Positions 1-9,625 of a stretch of 37,371 bases of DNA are shown piece by piece. The stretch covers positions 1 to 37,371 of the forward strand of contig JBFFCR010000003.1 of NCBI GenBank assembly GCA_041559855.1, in the 5' to 3' direction. This DNA is from Anaerolineae bacterium (GTDB lineage Bacteria > Chloroflexota > Anaerolineae > JAAYZQ01). Made by a program: the position numbers and the translations under genes. Below the pieces are notes generated by a model. The model saw only the letters and a list, made by a program, of their open reading frames with translations. It was not told where the DNA came from and did no database searches. The first letter of the stretch is position 1. Each line of letters opens with the position of its first letter.

Positions 1-118
1 GGCCGAGGACCGCGAGTTCGACCGTCGCTTCCGCCGCGAGGCCAAAGCCCTGGCCCGGCTGGCCCAGGCCCGTGAGACGCACGGACAGCACGAGGAGATA
101 GGATGGTACCACACATGA
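1..118 (+). pseudogene. Truncated Ser/Thr kinase N-lobe fragment, running off the window start
   Basis: Frame from base 2 reads AEDREFDRRFRREAKALARLAQ, matching [22 protein letters not shown] of the downstream kinases. It then diverges and stops at TGA 116-118. Not in the ORF track. Confidence 0.7.
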
Positions 119-1368
119 GAAAACGCACAACGCATCAATCACAGATGGAGCCGCGAGCAGCCCGGCGGCGGGATACAGGCCGTGCCCCCAGGTGGCGAGC
201 AGCTGCACAGCCTGCCCTGCTGGGCGTGCTGTTTCTGTTCGTGGCGCTGCTGCTGAGTGGTTGCAACGGCGACGTGCCCTATGAGGCGCGCCGCCTGCTC
301 TACGAGCTGGAGTCGCTGCTCGATGAGCTCGAACCGCTAGTGGAGGCCGCGCGCTGGGCCTTTGCCATTGCCGGCCTGGCACTGCTGGTCGCCGGCTACA
401 AGATCTACCGTTTCGTGATCGCGCTGCCAGGCTTTGTGATCGGCGCGCTACTGGGCGCTGGGCTGGGATACGCTGGCGCCGACGAGAACTGGCTGATGGC
501 CATCCTAGGGTTGATCCTTGGCGGCATGGCAGGGGCGGCGCTGGCACTGCTGCTCCACGACCTGGCCGTGTTCCTCCTCGGCGCCCTGATCGGCGGCGCC
601 CTCGCGGCGCTGGTCTTTGCCGGACTGGGCGACTCGGGGCCGCCGCTGCTGCCGGTGCTCATCGGCGCGATTATAGGCGGCGCGGGCCTGCTGGCCCTGT
701 CGCACCTGTGGATCGTGGTGCTGTCGTCCTTTGTCGGCGCAGTGATGTTCGGCTTTGGCGTCGATGCCGACCCGGGCTGGATGCTGATCTTTTTCCTGGG
801 TGGCATCGCGGTGCAGTATGGGCTGGCGCGGGCGATCGGCGACAGGATCCCGAGACCGGGGGCCAGGGCGGAGCCAGCAGCGGGACCAGCAGCGCCTGTT
901 CCCAGGGCGCCTGTCCCGCCGCCCGCAGCTCCCAGCCCTGACATCACAGCGCCCATATCTACGGCTCCGCCACCGGGCATAGCGCCCAGGCAAGGCATCA
1001 CCGCGCCCATATCTGCAGCGCCGCCGCCGGCACAGGGGGTCCAGGTGCCCTCCGCAGCTCCTCAGGCTGCCAGCGCGCCAGCGGCCACGCTGGTCAGCAC
1101 CGGTCCGGGTGGCGAGATCTACCAGGTCCGGGATGGCAGCCTGGTGGGCCGGGGTGAAGGTTGTGAAATCTGGCTGCGCGACCGGACCGTCTCGCGCAGG
1201 CACGCCCGCTTTCGCTATGCCCAGGGGATCTGGTACGTGCAGGATGAGGGGAGCACGGCCGGCACCATGGTGAACGGCGTGTATGTGACGGCCACGCGCC
1301 TCCGTGCGGGTGACCGGATCCAGTTGGGCGATTCGATCTTTACCTTCCAGACCGGAGCCAGCATATGA
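103..1368 (+). CDS. Multi-pass membrane protein (DUF4203-like Gly-rich TM bundle) with Pro-rich linker and C-terminal FHA domain (FHA1)
   Basis: GAGGAG RBS at 92-97 and several GxxxG hydrophobic helices. FHA motifs [19 protein letters not shown]. The stop overlaps the K1 start (ATGA, 1365-1368). Confidence 0.85.
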   Translation: MVPHMRKRTTHQSQMEPRAARRRDTGRAPRWRAAAQPALLGVLFLFVALLLSGCNGDVPYEARRLLYELESLLDELEPLVEAARWAFAIAGLALLVAGYKIYRFVIALPGFVIGALLGAGLGYAGADENWLMAILGLILGGMAGAALALLLHDLAVFLLGALIGGALAALVFAGLGDSGPPLLPVLIGAIIGGAGLLALSHLWIVVLSSFVGAVMFGFGVDADPGWMLIFFLGGIAVQYGLARAIGDRIPRPGARAEPAAGPAAPVPRAPVPPPAAPSPDITAPISTAPPPGIAPRQGITAPISAAPPPAQGVQVPSAAPQAASAPAATLVSTGPGGEIYQVRDGSLVGRGEGCEIWLRDRTVSRRHARFRYAQGIWYVQDEGSTAGTMVNGVYVTATRLRAGDRIQLGDSIFTFQTGASI

Positions 1369-3581
1369 TCGACCTGGTGGGCAGGACGCTCAAGGGTCGC
1401 TACCGCATCGAGGCGATGATCGGCCGGGGCGGCATGGCCGAGGTCTACAAGGCCTGGGACACCCACCGCCAGTACCACGTCGCTGTCAAGGTGATGCGCG
1501 AGGACCTGGCGGAGGACCTGGAGTTCGTGCGCCGCTTCCGCCGCGAGGCCCGGGCGCTGGCGGCCCTCGCCCACGAGAATATCGTCCGCTTCTACTCCTT
1601 TGAGCGCGACGGCCGCCTGGCCTTTATCGTCATGGGCTACGTGGAGGGCTCGACCCTGCGCGGGCGGATTCTGGATGCTGAGGAGCAGCCCCTGCCGCTG
1701 GACGAGGCGCTGTCGGTCGCGCGGCAGGTGTGCGCCGCGTTGCACTATGCCCACGGGGAGAACGTGTTGCACCGCGACGTCAAGCCGGGCAACATCATGA
1801 TCCGCCCGGACAGCCTGGTGCTGGTGGCCGACTTTGGCATCGCCAAGGCGGCAGATGCGGCGACGGCGACGACGGTGATGCCCGGCACGCCAGCCTACAT
1901 GTCGCCGGAGCAGTGCCGCAGCGAACCGCTGGACCCCCGCACCGACGTCTATTCGCTGGGCATTGTGGTCTATGAGATGCTCGCTGGGCGGCGCCCCTTC
2001 GTGGGGGACACACACGCGACCACCGGGAGCACGCGGGAGCGGATCCGCTGGGAGCAGGTGCACGCCGACCCACCGCCGCTGCGGGGGCTCAACCCGGGGG
2101 TGCCGCCTGGCGTGGAGGCCGCCGTGCTGAAAGCACTGGCTAAGGAGCCGGGCGACCGCTGGCCCAGCGTGCTGGCCTTCTGGCAGGCGTTGGAGAAGGC
2201 GTTGGGAAGCGCGGCCGAGCCCGTGCCTGCAGCTGCCGCTGTCCCGGTTGCCATGCGACCAATTGCCTCTCCCCAGCAGCAGCGAGCAGCTGTCAGATCG
2301 GTTGCTCAACAGGGTGCGACCTCGCAACCATTGCACCAGCCTGCTCAGCGCGTGGCCCTTCCACCGTGGGCCTGGGTAGCAGGGGGGACGCTCCTGGCAG
2401 CGATGGTGATTGTGGCATTCTTGCTACTTTCGAGGCCAACTCCTGAGCCCCCACTTACAGCCACGCCCACCGAGGTTGTGATAGTCCAGGTGACTACGTC
2501 TGTGCCCGCGCCAGGGTCAACTGCCACGGCAACTCAAACGCCGACTCCGACACATACACCACATCCCGCAGACACCCATACGCCGACCGCCACGGACACA
2601 GCCTATCCCACGGACACCCATACGCCGATCGCCACGGACACAGCCCAGCCCACTGACACTCACACGCCAACGGCGACAGACACCCACACGCCCGTCGTAC
2701 CTACCGACACGCCGAGGCCGACGAGAACGCCGAGCCCGTTGCCGACTCGAACACCGATACCGCCCACCGCCACGCCGGACCAAGGAGCTGACCGAATTGC
2801 TTTCGCCTCCTATCGCGACGGTAACTCAGAGATATATGTCATGAACGCCGACGGCTCCGACCAGACCCGCTTGACAAGCAACGCGGCGGCAGACGAATTC
2901 CCCACTTGGTTGCCGGACGGAAACCGTATCGGCTTTGATTCCGCCCGAGACGGTAACTACGAGGTCTACGTTATGAACGCCGACGGTTCGGGTGTGTCAC
3001 GCCTTACCTATGATCCCACGAGGGATTGGGATGCTGCCTGGTCGCCTGACGGGCAGCGCATCGCATTCACCTGTGGGGGCCAAACTGCCAATGCCGAGAT
3101 ATGCATCATGGACTCCGACGGCTCCCATCGGGTGAACCTGACAAACTACTGGGACAGGGACATGGAACCCGCGTGGTCGCCCGATGGCCGGCGGATTGCC
3201 TTCATGTCAGTACGGGATGGTTATTGGAGCATCTTGGTCATGAACGCCGACGGCTCGGGCCAGACCCGACTGACTGAAGGAGAGGTGGATTTGTCACCCG
3301 CATGGTCGTCTGACGGGCAGCGCATCGCCTTCACCTCCCGGCGTTCGGGATGGCGTCAGATCTACACCATGAACGCCGACGGCTCAGGCCTGGTGCGGCT
3401 GACTAACCACCAGGCTCACGACTACTCCCCCACCTGGTCACCCGATGGGCGACGCATCGCCTTCGTCTCCGAGCGGGACGGTAACGCAGAGATCTATGTC
3501 ATGAACGCCGACGGATCGGGCCAGACGCGTCTCACGAGCAACCAAACGAGCGACGACGCCCCGGCCTGGTCGCCGCGTTAG
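1365..3581 (+). CDS. K1: Hanks-type Ser/Thr kinase - TM - Pro/Thr linker - 6 PD40/TolB-like beta-propeller repeats
   Basis: [24 protein letters not shown] and GTPAYMSPE motifs; LPPWAW followed by a TM helix; six [19 protein letters not shown] repeats (about 2790-3578). Confidence 0.92.
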   Translation: MIDLVGRTLKGRYRIEAMIGRGGMAEVYKAWDTHRQYHVAVKVMREDLAEDLEFVRRFRREARALAALAHENIVRFYSFERDGRLAFIVMGYVEGSTLRGRILDAEEQPLPLDEALSVARQVCAALHYAHGENVLHRDVKPGNIMIRPDSLVLVADFGIAKAADAATATTVMPGTPAYMSPEQCRSEPLDPRTDVYSLGIVVYEMLAGRRPFVGDTHATTGSTRERIRWEQVHADPPPLRGLNPGVPPGVEAAVLKALAKEPGDRWPSVLAFWQALEKALGSAAEPVPAAAAVPVAMRPIASPQQQRAAVRSVAQQGATSQPLHQPAQRVALPPWAWVAGGTLLAAMVIVAFLLLSRPTPEPPLTATPTEVVIVQVTTSVPAPGSTATATQTPTPTHTPHPADTHTPTATDTAYPTDTHTPIATDTAQPTDTHTPTATDTHTPVVPTDTPRPTRTPSPLPTRTPIPPTATPDQGADRIAFASYRDGNSEIYVMNADGSDQTRLTSNAAADEFPTWLPDGNRIGFDSARDGNYEVYVMNADGSGVSRLTYDPTRDWDAAWSPDGQRIAFTCGGQTANAEICIMDSDGSHRVNLTNYWDRDMEPAWSPDGRRIAFMSVRDGYWSILVMNADGSGQTRLTEGEVDLSPAWSSDGQRIAFTSRRSGWRQIYTMNADGSGLVRLTNHQAHDYSPTWSPDGRRIAFVSERDGNAEIYVMNADGSGQTRLTSNQTSDDAPAWSPR
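2571..2685 (+). repeat. About 2.7 copies of a 42-bp coding repeat ([14 protein letters not shown]) in the K1 linker
   Basis: Units start at 2571, 2613 and 2655 with GACAC(C/T)CA(T/C)ACGCC. Confidence 0.8.
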
Positions 3582-3653
3582 TGACCTTTCAGAAGACAGA
3601 CTTGAGTTCTCGCCCATCACGTCTCGTGACAGGTCGAGCGGTTTCCGGTAGTC

Positions 3654-3917
3654 TTGGCCGTCAAAGGTGCCGGCTGGTGCGAGGCATTGGACATGGCAGG
3701 CAGTGTATGGCAGTGGACGGCGAGCCTCTACAAGGCCTATCCGAACCTGGCAGACGATGGTCGGAATGACCCCACCGTCGCGGGCTCCCGGGTACTGCGT
3801 GGCGGCTCGTGCGTTGAGGATCCGTCTGGTGTGCGTGGCGCAGTCCGCGGCGTCATGGATGCTCGCTGTAGGGCGACTGACACTGAAGGATTCCGTTGCG
3901 TGAGAGATTCTCCCCAA
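3654..3917 (+). pseudogene. Orphan, degenerate C-terminal fragment of an FGE-sulfatase/CLec domain
   Basis: Reads ALDMAGSVWQWTAS..ADDGRNDP..RVLRGGSC..GFRCVRDSP. The N-terminal half of the domain is missing and conserved N, E and W positions are substituted. Confidence 0.8.
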
Positions 3918-3973
3918 CAGCTACTTGCTGTTGTAGGCGAGACCATATGTGCAGGTTCAAGGATCATGACACC

Positions 3974-6118
3974 ATGCTAGATCTGACAGGACAAACACTG
4001 AAGGGACGCTATCGCATCGAGGCCCTGATCGGCCGCGGCGGGATGGCCGAGGTCTACAAGGCCTGGGATCGGCGGCGCCAGCACCATGTCGCCGTCAAGG
4101 TGATGCGCGAGGACCTGGCCGAGGACGTCGAGTTCCTGCGCCGCTTCCGCCGGGAGGCCGAGGCGCTGGCCCGGTTGGCCCACCGCAACATCGTCCGCTT
4201 CTATAGCTTTGAGCGCGACGACTACCTGGCCTTCATCGTCATGGATTATGTCGAGGGCACCACCCTGCGGCGGCGCATCCTGGATACCGAGGAGCAGCCC
4301 CTGCCCCTGGACGAGGCGCTGTCGATCGCGCAGCAAGTGTGCGCCGCGCTGCACTATGCCCACGGCGAGAACGTGCTGCACCGCGACGTCAAGCCGGGCA
4401 ACATCATGATCAGACCTGATGGCCAGGTACTGGTGACCGATTTCGGTATCGCCAAAGCAGCGGACTCGGCGACGGCGACGACGGTAATGCCAGGGACGCC
4501 GGCGTACATGTCGCCGGAGCAGTGCCGCAGCGAGCCGCTGGATCCCCGCACCGACGTCTATTCGTTGGGCATCGTGGTGTTCGAGATGCTGGCGGGGCGG
4601 CGGCCCTTCGTGGGGGACACGCACGCGACCACTGGCAGTACCCGGGAAAAGATCCGCTGGGAGCAGATCCATGCCGACGCGCCGCCGCTGCGGAGGCTGA
4701 ACCCGGAGGTGCCGCCGGGCGTGAAGGCCGCCGTGCTCAAGGCACTGGCCAAAGATCCGGCGGACCGCTGGCCCAGCGTGCTGGCCTTCTGGCAGGCGTT
4801 GGCGAGCGCTGCTGGTGAGCATGTGCACACGGCTAGCACAGCGCCGGCGCCGACGCCCGTCCGAGGGGCGCCGATCTCCATAGCCGCTCCCTCCCTGGCG
4901 CCGCGACCAGGCCCAGAGCCGAAGCCCATGTCGGCGCCGTTCAGTGCCGCCACGCCCGCAGAGGCGGCGCCCGACACCCCACCCCAGGCCCGCGCCATGC
5001 TGCCACCGTGGGCCTGGGTTCTCGGGGGCGTGCTGCTGGCAGCGCTCGTGATCATGGCCATCGCGCTACTGTCGTCGCCTCCCCCACCAACGCCCACGAC
5101 CACTGCAGTTGTGGCTGCTCAGGCTACTACGTCTATGCCGGCACCAACGCATGCCCCATCAGCAATCCACACGATTGCGCCGACCGACACTAATGCGCCG
5201 CTGCCCACGGACACGCCCTTACCCACGGAAACCGGTTCACCTACGGCGACAGACACGCCCCTCCCCACAGATACGCGTACACCTGCGGCGACAGACACAC
5301 CCTTCCCGACAGATACCGACACGCCCATGCCGACGGAAACACCTCGCCCGACAGACACTCACACGCCGCCACCGACGGATACGCCTCGCCCGACGAATAC
5401 GCCCAAGCTCTGGACCAGGTCCGAAGATGGGATGGTGATGGTCTACGTACCGGCGGGCGAATTCCTGATGGGCAATTCAGAGGACGTGAGCGGCATCGCA
5501 GCGCCGGAGCACACAGTCTACCTCGACGGGTTCTGGATAGACCAAACGGAGGTAACCAACGCTCAGATGCAACTCTGCGTACAGGATGGACATTGTGAGC
5601 CGCCACCGAACTGTCGATGGGGTCCGGCCCCCTGCCCAGCCCCGGACACGGCAGATCACCCAGTGGTGTGCATGTCGTGGTATGGAGCACAAGAGTACTG
5701 CGCCTGGGCTGGGGGACGGTTGCCGACGGAGGCGGAATGGGAGAAAGCAGCACGGGGCACCGACGGGAGGGAGTACCCGTGGGGCGATGCTGTGCCGACC
5801 TGTGAGCACGCGCAATTCGAGCCATGCGACGGGACGACGACGGCGGTGGGGAGCAAGCCAGAAGGAACCAGTCCGTATGGCGCGCTGGACATGGCGGGTA
5901 ATGTGTATGAGTGGGTAGCCGACTGGTATGACCCAAACTACTACGAGAGCTCGCCATCCTTGAATCCGCAGGGTCCAGCATATAGCCCATACCGTGTGTA
6001 CCGCGGGGGTTCGTGGCTTGGCTTCCCAAGCAACCTGACCTGTTGGGGGCGCGGCCGCGAAGATCCCTATGTTCACCAATGCTATCTCGGTTTTCGTTGC
6101 GCCATGAATGCTCCCTGA
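3974..6118 (+). CDS. K2: Ser/Thr kinase - TM - Pro/Thr linker - FGE-sulfatase (CLec-fold) domain
   Basis: Start moved to ATG 3974 by alignment to paralogs (MLDLTGQTLKGRY) and the shared AGGATCATGAC leader. Full kinase motifs. FGE motifs EVTN, RLPTEAEWEKAARG, DMAGNVYEW, RGGSW, GFRC. Confidence 0.92.
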   Translation: MLDLTGQTLKGRYRIEALIGRGGMAEVYKAWDRRRQHHVAVKVMREDLAEDVEFLRRFRREAEALARLAHRNIVRFYSFERDDYLAFIVMDYVEGTTLRRRILDTEEQPLPLDEALSIAQQVCAALHYAHGENVLHRDVKPGNIMIRPDGQVLVTDFGIAKAADSATATTVMPGTPAYMSPEQCRSEPLDPRTDVYSLGIVVFEMLAGRRPFVGDTHATTGSTREKIRWEQIHADAPPLRRLNPEVPPGVKAAVLKALAKDPADRWPSVLAFWQALASAAGEHVHTASTAPAPTPVRGAPISIAAPSLAPRPGPEPKPMSAPFSAATPAEAAPDTPPQARAMLPPWAWVLGGVLLAALVIMAIALLSSPPPPTPTTTAVVAAQATTSMPAPTHAPSAIHTIAPTDTNAPLPTDTPLPTETGSPTATDTPLPTDTRTPAATDTPFPTDTDTPMPTETPRPTDTHTPPPTDTPRPTNTPKLWTRSEDGMVMVYVPAGEFLMGNSEDVSGIAAPEHTVYLDGFWIDQTEVTNAQMQLCVQDGHCEPPPNCRWGPAPCPAPDTADHPVVCMSWYGAQEYCAWAGGRLPTEAEWEKAARGTDGREYPWGDAVPTCEHAQFEPCDGTTTAVGSKPEGTSPYGALDMAGNVYEWVADWYDPNYYESSPSLNPQGPAYSPYRVYRGGSWLGFPSNLTCWGRGREDPYVHQCYLGFRCAMNAP

Positions 6119-6234
6119 TCGTTTTTCAACTGAGAGCTATCAGATCGGAGCAGTTCCGGGCAGTAACCCGGCGGGGGATTGGGCGGTAGATCTGGTAAGG
6201 CCTCTGGTTGTGTGAAGGATACAAGGAGGTACCG

Positions 6235-9200
6235 ATGTCTAAAAGACCACTGAAGGCACAGCGCTTGGTGGCTATCGTGCTGATTAGTGCGCTCGTCCTG
6301 AGCGGGTTGCCCCTATCGCCACCGGCGCAGGCGGCCACGTCCTCCCTCCAGTCCGGAGGAGATCAGGTCCTGTCCAACGAGGATCTGTCCCTCAGGCTCT
6401 ACGGCAGCGGGGTCTTTACGCTCGCCAGTGCTGACGATCGGGCGCTGCTCTTCCCGGCAGGTACCTCCTACGTGTCGGTGTGGGTCGACGGCGCGGCCTA
6501 TACCGGTTCGCCGGTCGCGCTGGTCGGGGGGAACACGATCAGCCGGGAAGAGGGCCCGCGCCTCACTGGGTCCAACCAGGCCGAAGAGGTCTTTATCACC
6601 GCGGAAGGTGTGCGATTCACCCTCACCTACAGCCTGGTCGGACCGGCCGTCCGCTTCAGCGTCAGGGCCCAGAACGAGGGGGCCGCGTCCCACAGGGCCA
6701 AGACCCGGTACCTGCTCGACACCCAGGTGGACGAGAACGATGGATCGCCGCTGTGGTCGAGCGGCAGCGTGTACACCGCCGAGGCCGAGGTCTCGCCGTC
6801 AACCACGATTTTCAAAGGCTATGACAAGATCCCGGAACCCGATTTCACCTCCACCGGCATGCTGGTGACCCGTCCCGAACGGATGGCCTTTGTTCACTGG
6901 CCCACGGCCGTGGACTATGCCTGGGACTACACGCTGGACCCGGGCCAATCCTTCTACACGCCGGGATACACCGAGAGCCCCCTGAGCGACAGCGCCGTCC
7001 TGCTCTACTACGACCTGGGCGAGCTGGCGCCCGGCGCGTCTGCCGAGGCCGAGTTCTACTATGGCTTGGCCGTTCCAGAGGAAGAAGCGGCGGCTGACAC
7101 CCTGCTGCTCGAGCTGGAAAGGACACGGGGTGCGATTCAGGCGCGGATTGATGCCGACCTTGACCGTCTGGCCGAGATCCACACCCGCACCTACCGGGCT
7201 GTCTACGGGCATACCGGTCCCCCAGGCATCGTCGACTCGCTGACCAGTGGCGTCAAGCTGGGGGAGGCCGCGATATTCTTCGGTGAGACAGCGCATGCGG
7301 GGGAATTGGTCGTTGCAGGCGTCGGGCTGGCAGGCAAGCTGATCCTTGCCGGCATGAGAGAAGAAACAAAGTCCGATGTCGAAGAGGCGCTGCCTGCCAT
7401 CTACCGCGATCTGGCCCTAGAGCCCAGCGATCCTACTCTGCCCACAGAGGTGCGGAGTACTTTGGACGAGTACCTGGGATTCCGATACCACCAGCAAGAG
7501 ATCGACGCCGACTTTGCCGAGTTGGAGCAGACCATCCGGGAGGACGGCCTCCCGCCTGACTATCCCATCGAGCGAGTAGTCGCCGCCCTGCGCGCCTATC
7601 GCAGCCAGTTGGAGCTCACAAGCGATCAGGAGGCCCTGTTGCTCTGGCCAGGGGCCAGCCAGCATACCACAGCCTACCAGCCCAGTGGCCTACTGGCGCA
7701 GCATCTCCGCTTCAGCCAGGCTCTGGAGGACCGTGAAAACCTGGCCGGTGGGCTGCAATGGACAGGCTATGCCCTCAAGGTTGGAGTGGTGGTTGGGCTC
7801 GGCCTCAAGATCTGTGCCGCCGTGGCGACCGCGGGCGCATCCATCCCGTTGGAGACAGTGGTCACCGTCGCAGCGGTGGGTGGCACTGCCCTAAGCCTCG
7901 GTGGGGGCGCTGTGGAAGAAAGCGCCGTCGAGCGACATGCTTTTGCGGCTGTGCAGTCGGCAATCGTCGCATCCGTGGAGCTGTACCTGTTGGAAGCGTC
8001 GGCCGGCGACGTGGTCTCGGCTATCGAGGACTCGCTCAGCGACGCCACGGGGTGGAACGCCGAGGGAGCAGTGGTCCGCGTCGCGTTGCAGGACATCATC
8101 CTGAGCGAGGGCGAGGACGTCGGCACAGCCCAGGGCTCGGTCACGGTGCGCAACACTGGTGACGCAGACGCAGAGGTCTCGCTCTACGCCACCGTCCTCG
8201 GACCTACCAGCACGGACCGGGCGCCGATCGCCATGCTTGGCCAACCCGAGCCGGTGACCGTGCGCGCCGGTGAAGAGCAAGAGATCGCGTTCGAGTATGG
8301 TGCGCCGGACACCCGGCTGTGGCGCCAGGCCAGCGCCTATCCGGTGGATCTCTGGGTGTCTATCGGATATGGTCTTATTCACGTGTCAGACAACCCGGAT
8401 CTGGCGGGCACTTTGCAGGTGTTGGTGGGCAGTCGAGACGCCGTGGAACTGCTGCGATACGGCGATCAGACCGTGATCCACGCCGCCGATCTGAGCGAGG
8501 ACGAGTTCAGCCGCAGAGAGTTCACCATCAGTCCGGACGCGGCGACGACGACCCTCGATCTGTCGTACACCGGTAGTGACTTTGACCTGCACCTGTACGA
8601 CATGCAGGGCAACCACGTCGGCCTGAACTATGACACGGGTCAGATCGATGCTCAGATTGCGGACGTGACCTATTCGGGACCATCCGCCAGGCCCGAGTGG
8701 ATGGAGATCAACGGACGAGGCGGCGAGACCTTTGAGGTGGAGGTCGTAGCTGTGCAGGCTGAGGTGCCGGAGCGCTTCACCGTCGTGAGCCGCGAGCTAC
8801 CGGCCTTCCCGGGGATGCTGGGGGCTGACCCCCTGGACATCTTTGTGTCGGAATCCCCCCCAGATACGATCGAGGCTGAGCTCGCCGTGTACGAGTATGG
8901 GGGCCAGAGCGGCGTATCTGGCATCACAGGTCAGGTGGAGTCGCTAGAATCCGAGGGTGGACGGACGATATCGGGCGACGAGTTCGAGCTCGACCTGCCC
9001 CGTGCACTCGATGCAGGGGAGACAGCCTCCGGTTCGGTGCGCCTTGGCGCGCGCTCGTTGCGCCCGGGTACCTACTCTGGCATCGTGCGCCTCTCTGGCG
9101 TGGATGCCGCGTCAGGCGCATCCACGGAGGCCTCGGCAAGATTGCAGATCTATGTGCCGGGCGAGGATGGTCCGGGTGACGGTGGAGACGGCGCGGGATT

Positions 9201-9609
9201 GGGCCTTGCCGTCGCCCTCGTCGTGGTAGCCGTGGCAGGTCTGGCTGTGTATGGACTTGTGCGCAGGCAGCAAAGGAGACCGGTGGCGGCAGGCGAAGGC
9301 GCGGTGGGGCCTGCAGTAGTCGCTCCCGCCAGCCTTTTCGTCATCCATGAGTCCGGCGCAGGCCAGCAAATCCCGCTGAGTGGTTCCCTTACCATCGGTC
9401 GTGCGGGGGATAATGCCGTGCGCCTGGCGGACACTGCCGTCTCGCGCCGCCACGCTGTCATCCGCTATGCCCAGGGACGCTGGTTCATCCAGGACCAGGG
9501 CAGCACGGTGGGCACCTTTGTCAACGGCCAGCGGGTCGATGCCACCGCCTTGAGCAATGGCGATCGCGTCCGCATTGGCGACACCGAGTTCGAGTTCCGC
9601 AGCAGTTGA
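6235..9609 (+). CDS. Large exported, single-pass protein with multi-domain ectodomain (including a PPC-like domain) and cytoplasmic C-terminal FHA domain (FHA2)
   Basis: AAGGAGG RBS before ATG 6235 and a signal peptide ending near AQA. SDFDLHLYD is a PPC-like motif. TM helix followed by RRQQRR, then FHA motifs GR..SRRHA..DQGSTVGTFVNG. Confidence 0.85.
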   Translation: MSKRPLKAQRLVAIVLISALVLSGLPLSPPAQAATSSLQSGGDQVLSNEDLSLRLYGSGVFTLASADDRALLFPAGTSYVSVWVDGAAYTGSPVALVGGNTISREEGPRLTGSNQAEEVFITAEGVRFTLTYSLVGPAVRFSVRAQNEGAASHRAKTRYLLDTQVDENDGSPLWSSGSVYTAEAEVSPSTTIFKGYDKIPEPDFTSTGMLVTRPERMAFVHWPTAVDYAWDYTLDPGQSFYTPGYTESPLSDSAVLLYYDLGELAPGASAEAEFYYGLAVPEEEAAADTLLLELERTRGAIQARIDADLDRLAEIHTRTYRAVYGHTGPPGIVDSLTSGVKLGEAAIFFGETAHAGELVVAGVGLAGKLILAGMREETKSDVEEALPAIYRDLALEPSDPTLPTEVRSTLDEYLGFRYHQQEIDADFAELEQTIREDGLPPDYPIERVVAALRAYRSQLELTSDQEALLLWPGASQHTTAYQPSGLLAQHLRFSQALEDRENLAGGLQWTGYALKVGVVVGLGLKICAAVATAGASIPLETVVTVAAVGGTALSLGGGAVEESAVERHAFAAVQSAIVASVELYLLEASAGDVVSAIEDSLSDATGWNAEGAVVRVALQDIILSEGEDVGTAQGSVTVRNTGDADAEVSLYATVLGPTSTDRAPIAMLGQPEPVTVRAGEEQEIAFEYGAPDTRLWRQASAYPVDLWVSIGYGLIHVSDNPDLAGTLQVLVGSRDAVELLRYGDQTVIHAADLSEDEFSRREFTISPDAATTTLDLSYTGSDFDLHLYDMQGNHVGLNYDTGQIDAQIADVTYSGPSARPEWMEINGRGGETFEVEVVAVQAEVPERFTVVSRELPAFPGMLGADPLDIFVSESPPDTIEAELAVYEYGGQSGVSGITGQVESLESEGGRTISGDEFELDLPRALDAGETASGSVRLGARSLRPGTYSGIVRLSGVDAASGASTEASARLQIYVPGEDGPGDGGDGAGLGLAVALVVVAVAGLAVYGLVRRQQRRPVAAGEGAVGPAVVAPASLFVIHESGAGQQIPLSGSLTIGRAGDNAVRLADTAVSRRHAVIRYAQGRWFIQDQGSTVGTFVNGQRVDATALSNGDRVRIGDTEFEFRSS

Positions 9610-9625
9610 GAGGAGTCGGGAAGCG

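Noticed and set aside
3654-3917. Orphan FGE fragment as a DGR template repeat
   Set aside because: It is not AAC-rich, differs from the candidate VRs at many non-adenine sites, and there is no RT or Avd gene in the window.
5400-6118. FGE domains as active formylglycine-generating enzymes
   Set aside because: They lack the catalytic Cys pair following RGGS in true FGE and no sulfatase is nearby. Read as binding modules.
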